The notes under the pieces were generated by a model, which saw only the letters and a list, made by a program, of their open reading frames with translations, did not search any database and had not been told where the DNA came from. Source: Ostrea edulis (lineage: Eukaryota). Taken from it: DNA of 64,000 nucleotides. Position 1 is the stretch's first letter, and each line of letters begins with the position of its first letter. Below, one piece after another: positions 50,406-57,880 of the stretch. Position numbers and translations under genes: made by a program. The stretch spans positions 64,790,001 through 64,854,000 of the forward strand of contig NC_079172.1 in the NCBI RefSeq assembly GCF_947568905.1, written 5' to 3'.

Positions 50406-52602
50406 CCAATGTTATTTATTACAATTGTTTTGACTGGACAAAAATAAAGCTGAACAAGAGTTTATACATCAATAAATCCGAAAACGCGATGTATTCATAC
50501 ACACCTGAAAACAAATAACATAGTGCAGGGAAACTATTCAAATTTTTGCAATTGTTAATAAAGTGAACGAATTGGAATTATAAGAATTAAACATTCTTTT
50601 TGAAGAATTTATCGATGTGTAAACTCTGGACATTTTACTCACAAACTTAACATAAAAGTGCTTCGCACTTTTATTCAGTTTGTGAGTAAAATGTCCGGAG
50701 TTTACACATCGATAAATTCTTCAAAAAGAATGTTTAATCCTATTATATATATATATATATATATAGATGATCAGATGGATTTCAATCCTATAATATCATT
50801 TATTTCTTTACAGGCTGTTTCGTAAAGGGGATAGCTCCCCCTCACTCATCAGGAGAAAAATGACACCTATTAAATGAAAAACACCTACATGACTGAGTAC
50901 ATGTTACACAGAAACATGAATACTCGACGAAAAATATCCCGCATGCCGGAAGAACTACGTACCTGAAAAATGTGTCTGTGTAACATGTACTCAGTCATGT
51001 AGGTATTTTTCATTAGGTGTCATTTTTCTCCTGATGAGTGAGGGGGAGCTATCCCCTTATGAAACAGCCTGTAGAGAAATAAATGATATTATGTGATTGA
51101 AATCCATATGATCATCAATTTATGTAGCTCCGTGAGGCCACGCCGAGCACTCTAGAAGATTATATCGGAGATTTATCCCACTATAGATATATATATATAT
51201 ACTACCAGAATATATATATATATATATATAATTATAAATAAAAAATCACCTTTATCATGCTTATAGCAAAGATTTCCATTCCATGTAATTTAAAAACATA
51301 TTATAAACTCATTGTATATAACAAGGTAATGTTTATAAGGAATCAAAATTATTCATCATCAGCACTTCACTATAAGTGTGTTTTACTGTAATTATTCATC
51401 CCCAGTACTTCACTATAAGCGTGTTTTACTGTAATTGTTTGTCCCCAGCACTTCACTATAACTGTGTTTTACTGTAATTGTTTGTCCCCAGCACTTCACT
51501 ATAAGTGTGTTTTACTGTAATTGTTTGTCCCCAGCACTTCACTATAAGTGTGTTTTACTGTAATTGTTTGTCTCCAGCACTTCACTATAAGCATGTTTTA
51601 CTGTAATTGTTTGTCCCCATCACTTCACTATAAGCGTGTTTTACTGTAATTGTTTGTCCCCAGCACTTCACTATAAGTGTGTTTTACTGTAATTATTCAT
51701 CCCCAGCACTTCACTATAAGTGTGTTTTACTGTAATTATTCATCCCCAGCACTTCACTATAAGCATGTTTTACTGTAATTGTTCATCTCCAGCACTTCAC
51801 TATAAGTGTGTTTTACTGTAATTGTTTGTCCCCAGCACTTCACTATAAGCGTGTTTTACTGTAATTGTTCATCACCAGCACTTCACTATAAGCATATTAT
51901 ACTGTAGTACCTATACTGATATGTATGCTGGGCGTCAGTTTGAATATAAACCAGTATACATGCACATCATATGTTGGAACATCAGAACGTCTCATTAATA
52001 CTTACTGATGATTGTATAACAATGTGTTTATCCGGTTTGATCTGGACCAGCCATTCAATACTTACTGATGATTGTATAACAATGTGTTTATCCGGTTTGA
52101 TCTAGACCAGCACTAAGCCCAGCCAGATAGCCTACGAGCCGCTGAATCACCAAAAGGCAGCTGTCATATCATTAATAGTCCAGCTACCCACAGGGGAAGA
52201 TGAGTGGACCCCTAACGGGGCCTCGGGGGTCGCAATCGCCAGTGCTCTAGTGACAGTCGGTATGTGGTCGTGTGTTGGATTACAGATTTATGATTCTTTG
52301 AAAATTAAGATTAGAATTTCCTATTGTTAAACCTAAGACTTGCTTCCTCAACGAACACGAATATTCTTAGTTTGCCATGTATGTTTTAATTATTCGGAGA
52401 ATTAATGTAGTATATTGCTATGTTTTAATTATTCAGAGAATTAATGTAGTATATTGCTATGTTTTAATTATTCTGAGAATTATTATAGTTTATTGCTTTT
52501 TCAGGTCATCACCGAAAGCAGAGCTTGGAGCATGGGGGGAAGGGGGACAAAAACAAGCATAAAAAAGTTTTGTTTCCTGGTACCCAGGATGTGTGTGTCT
52601 AG
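2000..52602 (+). CDS. ATRN: Attractin / attractin-like protein gene, 28 coding exons in window, 5' exon missing
   Basis: Hand-spliced exons all have GT-AG ends and compatible phases. They total 3622 nt (1 nt + 1207 codons including stop). Domain order CUB-EGF-Kelch-PSI-laminin EGF-TM-MASRPF tail is the attractin family layout. ATRN versus ATRNL1 cannot be distinguished in an invertebrate single-copy orthologue. Confidence 0.95.
3114..3244. repeat. Long imperfect palindrome (foldback element end)
   Basis: ttgcatga..gatatgaagatttatttatccaagaaagatcatattcc pairs with ggaatatgatgtttcttgggtgaatagatcttcatatc..tcatgcaa. Confidence 0.75.
3420..4770. repeat. 21-bp AT-rich minisatellite
   Basis: (atatagacatagtaattatct)n, roughly 60 copies, mid-intron. 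Confidence 0.95.
6014..6142 (+). CDS. ATRN: ATRN exon B, CUB C-half
   Basis: ttgtag|T GGT...TAC AG|gttagt; GLIHKDYTSTNDLQEIRTSSGKAYLYFYSDAAYNMSGFNITY. Confidence 0.92.
6111..10306 (+). repeat. 42/39/36-bp minisatellite built from the exon B 3' end plus donor
   Basis: Unit tacaacatgtcaggatttaatattacatacag|attattactg, roughly 100 copies. Confidence 0.95.
10543..10715 (+). CDS. ATRN: ATRN exon C, EGF-like repeats
   Basis: tcacag|A ACT...AAA G|gttcgt; TGGCPKNCSGQGDCSGDVCNCHMGYHGDDCSEVTCPNNCSSNGDCVYKQCQCHSGFK. Confidence 0.92.
11410..12829 (+). mobile_element. tRNA-derived SINE split by a hAT MITE
   Basis: A box (tggccgagtgg) and B box (ggtttgaatccc), (aaac)n tail, 11-bp TSD tattagcggca at 11399-11409 and 12830-12840. 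Confidence 0.85.
11548..12709. mobile_element. Non-autonomous hAT-type element (1162 bp)
   Basis: TIRs CAGTGCTC...GAGCACTG, 8-bp TSD cgatggtc at 11540-11547 and 12710-12717. Confidence 0.85.
12952..13111 (+). CDS. ATRN: ATRN exon D, EGF end and first Kelch
   Basis: ttctag|GC AAG...ATA AA|gtgagt; KDCNFTADKASWELNFLQSDLLARVSAGVAMVGEDLYLLGGYSFNRTQDFLI. Confidence 0.92.
13112..13924 (+). repeat. 23-bp minisatellite starting at the exon D donor
   Basis: (gtgagtagtggacattactgaat)n, with 17-bp variants; first base is the intron +1 G. Confidence 0.95.
14068..14161 (+). CDS. ATRN: ATRN exon E, Kelch
   Basis: ctgtag|A TAT...CAG|gtatgt; YKMSSGNLEAVNPVSSENPPPRYGHSVVAYQ. Confidence 0.92.
14685..14834. 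repeat. 150-bp palindrome
   Basis: aatccttcatta...gtctaggac gaggctttgccga gtcctagac...taatgaaggatt. Confidence 0.85.
15589..15811 (+). CDS. ATRN: ATRN exon F, Kelch
   Basis: ttacag|AAC...ATA G|gtaagg; NKLYMFGGVLGDETSKDLWTYDT...GVAGHSAHVVKGVMYILFGYSPLYGYQNRIQEYNI. Confidence 0.94.
15832..16492. repeat. 34-bp minisatellite
   Basis: (ttagtaatgtagaaatacagagattgagctctcg)n, begins ~20 nt after the exon F donor. Confidence 0.95.
16741..16924 (+). CDS. ATRN: ATRN exon G, Kelch
   Basis: tttcag|CG AAT...ACT TG|gtaagt; NESWIVPRTYGALVQGGYGHSSVYYPALGKIYIYGGYH...YSFEPATRT. Confidence 0.94.
17560..17824. mobile_element. 265-bp MITE, Sola-like termini
   Basis: ~28-bp TIR gagccgttcctaacaaaaaagggccctt, GAG...CTC ends, 4-bp TSD attt. 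Confidence 0.7.
19035..19640. repeat. 20-bp GT-rich minisatellite
   Basis: (gtgtgttgttgtttatgtat)n, ends ~25 nt before the exon H acceptor. Confidence 0.9.
19667..19821 (+). CDS. ATRN: ATRN exon H, Kelch
   Basis: taacag|G ACA...ATA G|gtgaga; TKLRSNQLPRYLHSAVIIDGMMVVFGGNTHNDTSVSLGAKCYSPDVLLYDI. Confidence 0.94.
19882..20950. repeat. 43-bp minisatellite
   Basis: (caccttaatccttctactgaaataatttcattgggggtagggt)n, about 25 copies. Confidence 0.95.
22677..23152. mobile_element. Non-autonomous Helentron/HINE-like element
   Basis: Subterminal IR gcggagttgcg / cgcaactcggc, 5' hairpin, GC microsatellite-like patch and two internal repeats. Confidence 0.5.
23805..23889 (+). CDS. ATRN: ATRN exon I, Kelch
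   Basis: tttcag|AG TGT...GAG AG|gtgagt; CNKWSQLQSTVLTSHGARYGHAAVPVE. Confidence 0.9.
23925..24338. mobile_element. 414-bp hAT-type MITE
   Basis: TIR tagaggtgaaa / tttcaccccta, 8-bp TSD ttattaac / ttattaat. Confidence 0.75.
24350..24505. repeat. (tctg)n-based microsatellite
   Basis: ctgtctgtccatctgtctgtct runs. Confidence 0.85.
24750..25345 (+). mobile_element. Helentron/HINE-type element carrying ~166-bp oyster satellite-like units
   Basis: Starts ttagctcacctgagctgaagg and ends ccaaggtgactcaggtga..gtggcccatgggcct; internal units with gaaagctt and atcatggccc resemble the Cg170/HindIII oyster satellite as recalled, not aligned. Confidence 0.7.
25414..25490 (+). CDS. ATRN: ATRN exon J, Kelch end
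   Basis: ctgtag|G AAT...CCA G|gtaaaa; NGGIAMLVLGGFSGIMEPNAILFSP. Confidence 0.9.
26247..26396 (+). CDS. ATRN: ATRN exon K, PSI-like
   Basis: tcacag|GA AAC...GAA G|gtaggt; NCSYYTSKDDCVNSVQGRSCVWRAGQCLPITQVNPQSSGVEKKTCDPTE. Confidence 0.9.
26391..27143 (+). repeat. 39-bp minisatellite built from the exon K end plus donor
   Basis: (cagaag|gtaggtctctcctgatagtaaaacaaactcact)n, about 19 copies. Confidence 0.95.
27357..27478 (+). CDS. ATRN: ATRN exon L, PSI
   Basis: ttgcag|GT CAG...ATG|gtagga; QDKICGSFRSCPTCLSTAFGCVWCVNNCTAADKCSNTNIM. Confidence 0.9.
28364..28552 (+). CDS. ATRN: ATRN exon M, PSI
   Basis: ctttag|AAA...TTG|gtaagt; KSASASDLSKCSSPGEKPCQEQHKCLGCQSFPDCDWKGERCQVKTENIDRNGNDHYPTINLCL. 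This donor was chosen because its phase 0 fits the next exon. Confidence 0.82.
28617..29245. repeat. 43-bp minisatellite
   Basis: (tttctttacactccttgtctaatggatgaagttgattggtcaa)n. Confidence 0.95.
29545..30835. repeat. ~31-33-bp minisatellite interrupted by a HINE-like element
   Basis: gactagttacatgcgacataacatt units on both sides of 29867-30756. Confidence 0.8.
29867..30756 (+). mobile_element. HINE/Pearl-like element with 141-bp internal tandem repeats
   Basis: (gtcc)n microsatellite near the 5' end, 141-bp units, 3' end gtgagcattgctcacagtacctcttgtt shared with 35036-36017. Confidence 0.75.
31279..31432 (+). CDS. ATRN: ATRN exon N, PSI
   Basis: ttttag|AGT...TAC G|gtagtt; SATSAIHQCPPKHSSSCGLFHNCVACVQSKSCKWHPTEQRCQMKTHTLGTY. 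Confidence 0.82.
31431..31893 (+). repeat. 45/46-bp minisatellite starting at the exon N donor
   Basis: cagtaattatctcgtgtggaccattctctcgtccactgttaaggtt, about 10 copies. Confidence 0.9.
31964..32164 (+). CDS. ATRN: ATRN exon O, PSI
   Basis: tcatag|AT ACG...CCA G|gtaacc; ...CPNPCHLKKNCENCTEGKCMWCSNQQKCVETNAYVATFIYGQCMEWTTEKAKCP. Confidence 0.94.
32349..32546 (+). CDS. ATRN: ATRN exon P, PSI
   Basis: ttctag|CC ACT...CCA G|gttagg; TRCSDLHSCKECQSNPMCGWCNDPSNTGIGRCMEGG...QWFFIDCP. Confidence 0.94.
33172..33246 (+). CDS. ATRN: ATRN exon Q, laminin-type EGF
   Basis: tttcag|AT TGT...GAG G|gtaaga; CQCNGHSTCLNVSGTCDGCQNMTE. Confidence 0.93.
33895..33960 (+). CDS. ATRN: ATRN exon R, laminin-type EGF
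   Basis: tttcag|GC AAG...ACG G|gtgagt; KYCERCVEGYYGDASNGGNCT. Confidence 0.93.
34360..34453 (+). CDS. ATRN: ATRN exon S, laminin-type EGF
   Basis: ttgtag|CT TGT...GAC AA|gtaagt; CQCNGQADSCDRVTGACYCRTRGVIGDRCD. Confidence 0.93.
34578..36475. repeat. 38/43-bp minisatellite interrupted by a HINE-like element
   Basis: (gaagaacaggtgcttgttgtgtttgtctatctacatta)n on both sides of 35036-36017. Confidence 0.9.
35036..36017 (+). mobile_element. HINE/Pearl-like element with ~155-160-bp internal tandem repeats
   Basis: 5' hairpin ataccccccgaacgaagttctggggggtat, (gtcc)n, tgaccttgacc units, 3' hairpin gtgagcattcctcac, inserted after TT. Confidence 0.8.
36657..36769 (+). repeat. 48-bp tandem repeat of the exon T acceptor
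   Basis: acag|gtgtgatgaacc occurs at 36706 and 36754, and acag|gcatgatgaacc at 36658. Confidence 0.9.
36758..36810 (+). CDS. ATRN: ATRN exon T
   Basis: ttacag|G TGT...TAC T|gtaagt; CDEPHKYFGNPKTGTCY. Duplicated in-frame acceptors lie 48 and 96 nt upstream. Confidence 0.88.
36929..37023 (+). CDS. ATRN: ATRN exon U
   Basis: tcacag|AT AAT...TCA|gtaagt; NLVTDYQFTFNLSKSEDKSYTQINFMNIPSS. Confidence 0.93.
37314..37383 (+). CDS. ATRN: ATRN exon V
   Basis: ttgtag|AGT...AAA A|gtaagt; SERDVDFKVNCSGIAFLNITMKK. Confidence 0.9.
37478..37632 (+). CDS. ATRN: ATRN exon W, last fully extracellular exon
   Basis: tcttag|AA TCT...CAG|gtttgt; SHGDHETTIVKQHSCNYFRAKFDHGEYSFGAKENTTFLVYVYGFKTPFWLQ. Confidence 0.92.
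37835..37893 (+). CDS. ATRN: ATRN exon X, start of transmembrane helix
   Basis: tcacag|ATC...TTC AG|gtaaga; ISFSQFPKIDLVHFFVTFF. Confidence 0.93.
38874..38988 (+). mobile_element. 5'-truncated SINE
   Basis: gcataggcctaaattttgcagcccttcaccgg SINE 3' region, (aatc)n tail, 13-bp TSD tcaacctcttaaa at 38861-38873 and 38989-39001. Confidence 0.85.
39169..39323 (+). pseudogene. Intronic duplicate of ATRN exon W (pseudo-exon or alternative terminal exon)
   Basis: 152/155 nt identical to 37478-37632. It has AG before and GTTTG after, plus ~20 nt of copied downstream intron. Confidence 0.9.
41234..41557. mobile_element. 324-bp Kolobok-like MITE
   Basis: TTAA on both sides, TIR ggaggtatgctacacc / gatgtagagtacctcc, internal reversed tRNA-like segment. 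Confidence 0.65.
43061..43750 (+). mobile_element. Degenerate IS630-Tc1-mariner-like transposase fragment
   Basis: Frameshifted ORF pieces KISKKLRVTKATCYKI / KLTPDVLLFIEY...REIRQNLL..NICTPDNVPSVSLI (paired-like HTH) and later FDKASVVRT and YYDVIEGASNA. Family assignment is from recalled motifs. Confidence 0.55.
46322..47350. repeat. 32-bp minisatellite
   Basis: (tgtcagagattcttgtgtgagttggtgttccc)n, ends ~40 nt before the exon Y acceptor. Confidence 0.9.
46546..46758. mobile_element. 213-bp MITE inside the 32-bp array
   Basis: ~47-bp TIR ggaactcctcgaatgtctcgcacactcgacatagatctcagatgtaat, 4-bp TSD gatt. Confidence 0.8.
47387..47465 (+). CDS. ATRN: ATRN exon Y, end of transmembrane helix
   Basis: tttcag|T TGC...CAG|gtgagt; CFLSLLIIAAVLYKIKHKYDIYRRRQ. 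Confidence 0.93.
48028..48932 (+). mobile_element. 5'-truncated Helentron/HINE-type element with ~166-bp satellite units
   Basis: Same internal units and 3' end (ccaaggtgactcaggtgagtgatgtggcccatgggcctcttgtt) as 24750-25345. Confidence 0.75.
49905..50030 (+). CDS. ATRN: ATRN exon Z, cytoplasmic MASRPF motif
   Basis: tgacag|CGT...AAG|gtattt; RMMVEMEEMASRPFSSITVEIDRKYEQIGAEKKEMDLRKRKK. Confidence 0.93.
50580..50744. repeat. ~165-bp palindrome inside a (TA)n tract
   Basis: attaaacattctttttgaagaatttatcgatgtgtaaactc...aaaagtgcttcgcactttt...gagtttacacatcgataaattcttcaaaaagaatgtttaat. Confidence 0.85.
50766..51116. mobile_element. Foldback element with ~150-bp inverted arms in a (TA)n tract
   Basis: gatgatc...gagtacatgttacacaga pairs with tctgtgtaacatgtactc...gatcatc. 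Confidence 0.8.
51358..51895. repeat. 43-bp minisatellite
   Basis: (ccagcacttcactataagtgtgttttactgtaattgtttgtcc)n. Confidence 0.93.
51997..52111 (+). repeat. 60-bp duplication of the exon AA acceptor
   Basis: aatacttactgatgattgtataacaatgtgtttatccggtttgatct(g/a)gaccagc twice. Confidence 0.9.
52106..52259 (+). CDS. ATRN: ATRN exon AA, cytoplasmic tail
   Basis: atctag|ACC...GTC G|gtatgt; TSTKPSQIAYEPLNHQKAAVISLIVQLPTGEDEWTPNGASGVAIASALVTV. Confidence 0.92.
52381..52497. repeat. 39-bp triple repeat abutting the last acceptor
   Basis: atgttttaattattc.gagaattaatgtagtatattgct three times, then ttttcag|. Confidence 0.85.
52505..52602 (+). CDS. ATRN: ATRN terminal coding exon AB
   Basis: tttcag|GT CAT...GTC TAG; HHRKQSLEHGGKGDKNKHKKVLFPGTQDVCV*. 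Confidence 0.88.
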
Positions 52603-53255
52603 TACACGACGCCCCCTGGTGTGAACAGGGAGTAGTCATTGTTGTTGATTTAAAGGGACTAGTTATTGTTACACATTCCTCAGATGCTGTTTACTAAAAG
52701 AGATGGTGCTATTGTGAACATTTATAAACACTAGCTGCATCTGTTTCAACAATGCAAAGTTACTTACAAATATCATACAAGTGTTGATCTTAAAATCAAA
52801 GCATTCCAGTGTAGTAGAATATGGATAGCGAAGAAGAAGCCACACTTTCACTATTAATCTGCCCAGAATGAAGTCATCTGCAGATGTCGTCAAACGAGAT
52901 CAAAAAGTAGAATTGTGTGTGTGATGAATTAAACAGTGTTAAATTAAAGATAAGGTCTGTTTTTTCAAAACTTTGGTATCAGCATGTTACGATAAAAATT
53001 GCAATCTACAGCTTCTGCCCACATTAAGATATTTTATGTATACAGCCACTGCCCACATTAAGATATTTTATGTATACAGCCACCGCCCACATTAAGATAT
53101 TTTATGTAAAGCAATATCTACAGTCTGACTGTGAATACTACATGTTCTTCTTTTTTTTTTAAAGTTAAAATGCTTTGGAAATGCATGTTTTCTGTTAATT
53201 TAAAAAAAAGCAGAAGACTCCACCAGATTTGGCAATATCACATATATCCAACTTT

Positions 53256-53698
53256 TTTTTTTTTTTTTTTATAATTTATTTATTTTTTTGGTTTCATACA
53301 ATACATCAAACACTTACACAAACATACCTTTCATACATGCATACATCTCCCTGTGGTTTAGGTTACTTGCTGTACAATAGTGAAAGTAATAATAATAACA
53401 ATAATACATGTACTAAAAATAATGACAAGTACATGTAGTATTAATTAATCAATTGCAAAAATATTTTCCCACTTCATCCATATTTTATCAAAGTTATGTA
53501 TTTTAAATGCTTGAATTGCAGCATATTTCTCTACATGATATTTAAACTTTAAGTGACATAGTAATCTAACAAGATTTGGTTCTTTATTCTGCATTAAACA
53601 GATAAATATGTATTGTTTAGCATATAAAATTATAAAGTTTATGGCTTTATTATTTAAAGACAGTGGAATTTCACCAAATATTATATTTGACACATATG
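53256..53698 (-). mobile_element. 5'-truncated L1/Tx1-like LINE end
   Basis: Minus ORF IIFG...NFIILYAKQYIF...KFKYHVEKY...FDKIWMKW resembles an ORF2 C-terminus; poly(A) tail seen as the T run at 53253-53270; TSD atatccaacttt at 53244-53255 and 53699-53710. Confidence 0.7.
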
Positions 53699-54310
53699 AT
53701 ATCCAACTTTAGTTATGATATTGTACACAATACCACAGATATCCAACTTTAGTTATGATATTGTACACAATACCACAGATATCCAACTTTAGTTATGATA
53801 TTGTATACAATACCACAGATATCCAACTTTAGTTATGATATTGTATACAATACCACAGATATCCAACTTTAGTTATGATATTGTACACAATACCACAGAT
53901 ATCCAACTTTAGTTATGATATTGTATACAATACCACAGATATCCAACTTTAGTTATGATATTGTATACAATACCACAGATATCCAACTTTAGTTATGATA
54001 TTGTACACAATACCACAGATATCCAACTTTAGTTATGATATTGTATACAATACCACAGATATCCAACTTTAGTTATGATATTGTATACAATACCACAGAT
54101 ATCCAACTTTAGTTATGATATTGTACACAATACCACAGATATCCAACTTTAGTTATGATATTGTATACAATACCACAGATATCCAACTTTAGTTATGATA
54201 TTGTACACAATACCACAGATATCCAACTTTAGTTATGATATTGTACACAATACCACAAATATCCAACTTTAGTTATGATATTGTACACAATACCACAGAT
54301 ATCCAACTTC
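53699..54310. repeat. 40-bp minisatellite in the putative ATRN 3' UTR
   Basis: (atatccaactttagttatgatattgtacacaataccacag)n, about 15 copies. Confidence 0.95.
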
Positions 54311-57300
54311 AGTTTTTGTGATATCATAGGTGATACGACAGGTATCAAACTTCAGTAATTTTTGGCAGTTACCTACCTTTAAAGTATTGTATTGTAGATT
54401 ATCACCAAGTTTTCATTTTTGATGAGCTTACTGAACATACAGTTTAAAACAGGGCAAAGTGAAAGTGTGGCTTGTTCTTTATAGTCATTTTCATGTATGT
54501 CGTAGTGCATCGGAATGAACAAAGTTGTCACGCTTTGTAAACATGGATCAAAGATGTTTTCCAAGTCAAAATGATTTTGTCTCATCGTCATCTTTATTTT
54601 CATTGTCTTTATTCTATGTATTAGATCTGAAGCACCAGTGCTGTGGTGTACTGTGGGGTACCGATTTGTACCGTATAACCGTTAGTCTTCTAAACGAAGC
54701 AGCATTCGTTATGTTGAAAAGTATTCACCATTTTGAAGTTTAGATTTTCATTGTCAAATGTATTAGTGCGATGATCCCATTTTCTGTGATATTTTCCCCA
54801 ATGTAAACTTTCATATAAATTTGTAAATATTTTTATTGCAGGAGCCTATTTCCGCGTTCACTTTTGTTTTGTGATATTGATGATTTGTGCGTGTAGTGTG
54901 TTTATAACATGTAATTTGGAGCTGATTTCAGACACGCATGTATGAAGAGGCCCTGGGAACAGTTTTTGTTAATTATTCAAATATCGTCACGCTTTGGTCA
55001 TTTTCCACATTCAAATTAAGTCGAGTAGTAGTAATTGTACGGGTTTAATTTTACACTCATTGTATGCATTTTACATCTATATCTCCTAAATGATTGTCTC
55101 CTCACAGCGGGGTGGGGGGTGGGGCGTGTGGAACTGATTTTGCGTGCGAGTCGACATCAGATTCTGTGTTGTGTTTATCGCTATGCTTAGTTGTAACAGA
55201 ATTCTTCACTTTGCAATGCTGTTGTTATTTTTCTCTTGTTGCTGTATATATATATATATGTAATTTCAATATCTTCGCGATTCATGTATGTTTCAATTTC
55301 CTTCATTAAATACTGGATGTCTTAAGCATATCTACTGTTCATCAACGGCCAAATGTACGAAAGTCATGCATTAACCTATGTAGAATCAAACATCATTGTA
55401 TATATTTTGATAATTTATTGAATCAAGATAAAAATGTATGTCTGTCTAGTATAGAAGGTGAGTGATTAGTAATGAAAGTGATATAGAAATGTTGTGATCA
55501 CTTACAGGTGCAATGTAACGTGTTGCTTTCGTAGTCAGTTTATTGATATGTACACTTACACTGAAAAATGCTTATGAAATCCAGACATACGTTGTGTGTC
55601 TAGAAATGTGGCCCCCGTAAATGAAGTTGTGGTTATGTAGGGGGTATTGGTCAGAATATTCTGTTGTACAGCACTCTCTCTAGAAGTGTCGGGGTATTTT
55701 GGGGTTTTTTGTAGTGTTTATTTCTTTGTGCACATGTGCAGTATTTTTCTGATAATGTTTGAATCTTCTATGTATTCTTATGTTGTATGAATGGTTGCTG
55801 TTTTCTGTTTGAATCTTCTATGTATTCTTATGTTGTATGAATGGTTGCTGTTTTCTAATTGTTATGTTGAGTATGATGTATGATTATATCAAATTTGATT
55901 GAACAAATGCACAATTTTGTTGTTTAGAAGTTGCATAAAAGTTGAATAAAAGTTTTTTCATGCTTTTCTGATCCAGGTGGGAGATGTTCAGTATGGTGGG
56001 TATTTAGGTGGGAGGTGGGGGGGGTAAGGATATTTTTTAAAATAATAAATATATCTCTAACCATTGTCAAATTTTATATGCTTGAGTTCAAAGGTCATTG
56101 GGGTATATTCCTTGAGTCTGTTGTCAGTTTGCAAAATTAATCTTTTTTATCTACTCTGCCAGATAGAGACATATTTCATAAACTGAAAGGTCAATACAAT
56201 ATTATATTCAAGGTCAGAGTGAAGGTCTTGTATCAAGGTCAAAACTTAGATTCATTGTCACAATAGGATAGTGGCATGTCTGTATGGGAACATTAGAAAT
56301 GGTAGGAACTAGGTGTAACATAACACACACACACACACACCCAACACCACCACTGACATTTGTTCATGATGACATTTATTCTTGATAGTGATGTACTGTA
56401 GATTCTTAAAGATACAGGAGGAATTTATTATTGCGTAATTTCATGAGAAGCATCACTTACAAAATAAAATTACTTTATTTTTATATTCCTAAAATAGGTG
56501 TAAAAACCCCTGTTCCACAGAGTCCTAGAGAATTCATGTTCTTGCAATTTTACATCCAGGAGTCGCCTCGCGATATCAAGTACTTGTGTAAAATTAAGAA
56601 TCTACAGTATTTTTCTTTCCCTGCATCATTTTTCCTGCTGTATTTTTCATTATAACTGTATTTAATTATTGCAGAGAAAAACGGGACTGCAATGAAGTGA
56701 GTTATGCTTTTGCTTGGGTTGTTCCATGAACTTTAAAAACTGGTTTAATGAGAAATTACAGGCTGATTGACTGTATGAGAGTTACCTATATAATTGAGTG
56801 TGTGTGAGTATGTGTTTATGTATGTATGAATATTGTAATTTATCACTGGAGTATGTCAAGTCAAAATAAAAGTCAAAAACAGATGAAGGAGTCTTCGTTT
56901 TCAAAATCATCTTGTAAGATGTATGTATTTTGATTGAACAATTTTTTGCATACAAGCAAGAAGGGATTAAAGTGATTTCTTTATTTATACAAGAATGCCT
57001 AATATTAACCCTGTTTAGAGATCAAAGGGAAGTTTTTCTATTGAGTTGAATATTTACATTGTATTTCTCCCTTTTGAATTTCAATGTTTACGTACAACCT
57101 ACTGAGCTAATCCAGTTTTTGATAACACTATATTGGGGTATTGTTCTGGAGGTACTAAAGAGGAAGTGTCTGTTTCATTATTTAGTCCCTTTCCCTTAAT
57201 TAAAGCACTTTCTCAAAAGATTCCTTTTGTTAGAAGGCAATGCTTATCACTCTTCAGGTGAGCTAATTTACAGAAAAGGGTTTTGCAATATAATTTTAAT

Positions 57301-57720
57301 GGATTGGCACATGAAAATAGGATCAGTCTTGAGATAATAAAGCAACCCACATCTTATAGTTTCCATTATCAGTTATTCTACATAAATCTATTGACCAAGG
57401 TCGTATTATTCTGGCGAGCTAAATCATCAATGGGCATTTAATTTCATGTAAGGTGGTAAAGTTAGTTGTTCAAATGATCAGAAAATGAAAAGTGCGGTTA
57501 ATGTTATTTGCGTCCATCCTTTCATCCCAAATTACTGATATAAATTCAATTCACCATTAAAATGTAACCTCTCATGTGAGCTAAGTTGCTCATACATGTT
57601 GCGATTGACCCTCATTAATTCAAAACATGCACTTGATTTAAAGTTTCCTTTAAAATAGGTTTCAAATTAAACATTCTCTATGAATACTCTCAGTCCTTAG
57701 ATGATTTTACTCAGTGGCTG

Positions 57721-57851
57721 CTAGGTTCTACGGGCTTTGGCTTTCACAAATTTCTCCAAACCAAGTTGGAGGACAGTCACAAAAAAGGAGCCCATCAGAT
57801 TGATGCAGAGTCCACCATTTCTACAAGGACTCGTCAAACACTCGTTGACAT
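57721..57851 (-). pseudogene. Probable terminal calcium-binding EGF-like exon with apparent 1-nt frameshift
   Basis: tttcag|AT GTC: DVNECLTSPCRNGGLCINLMGSFF, then CDCPPTWFGEICESQSP* in a shifted frame across the A run at 57781-57786. Confidence 0.8.
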
Positions 57852-57880
57852 CTGAAAGAAATAATCAAGGTTAAGGTCGT

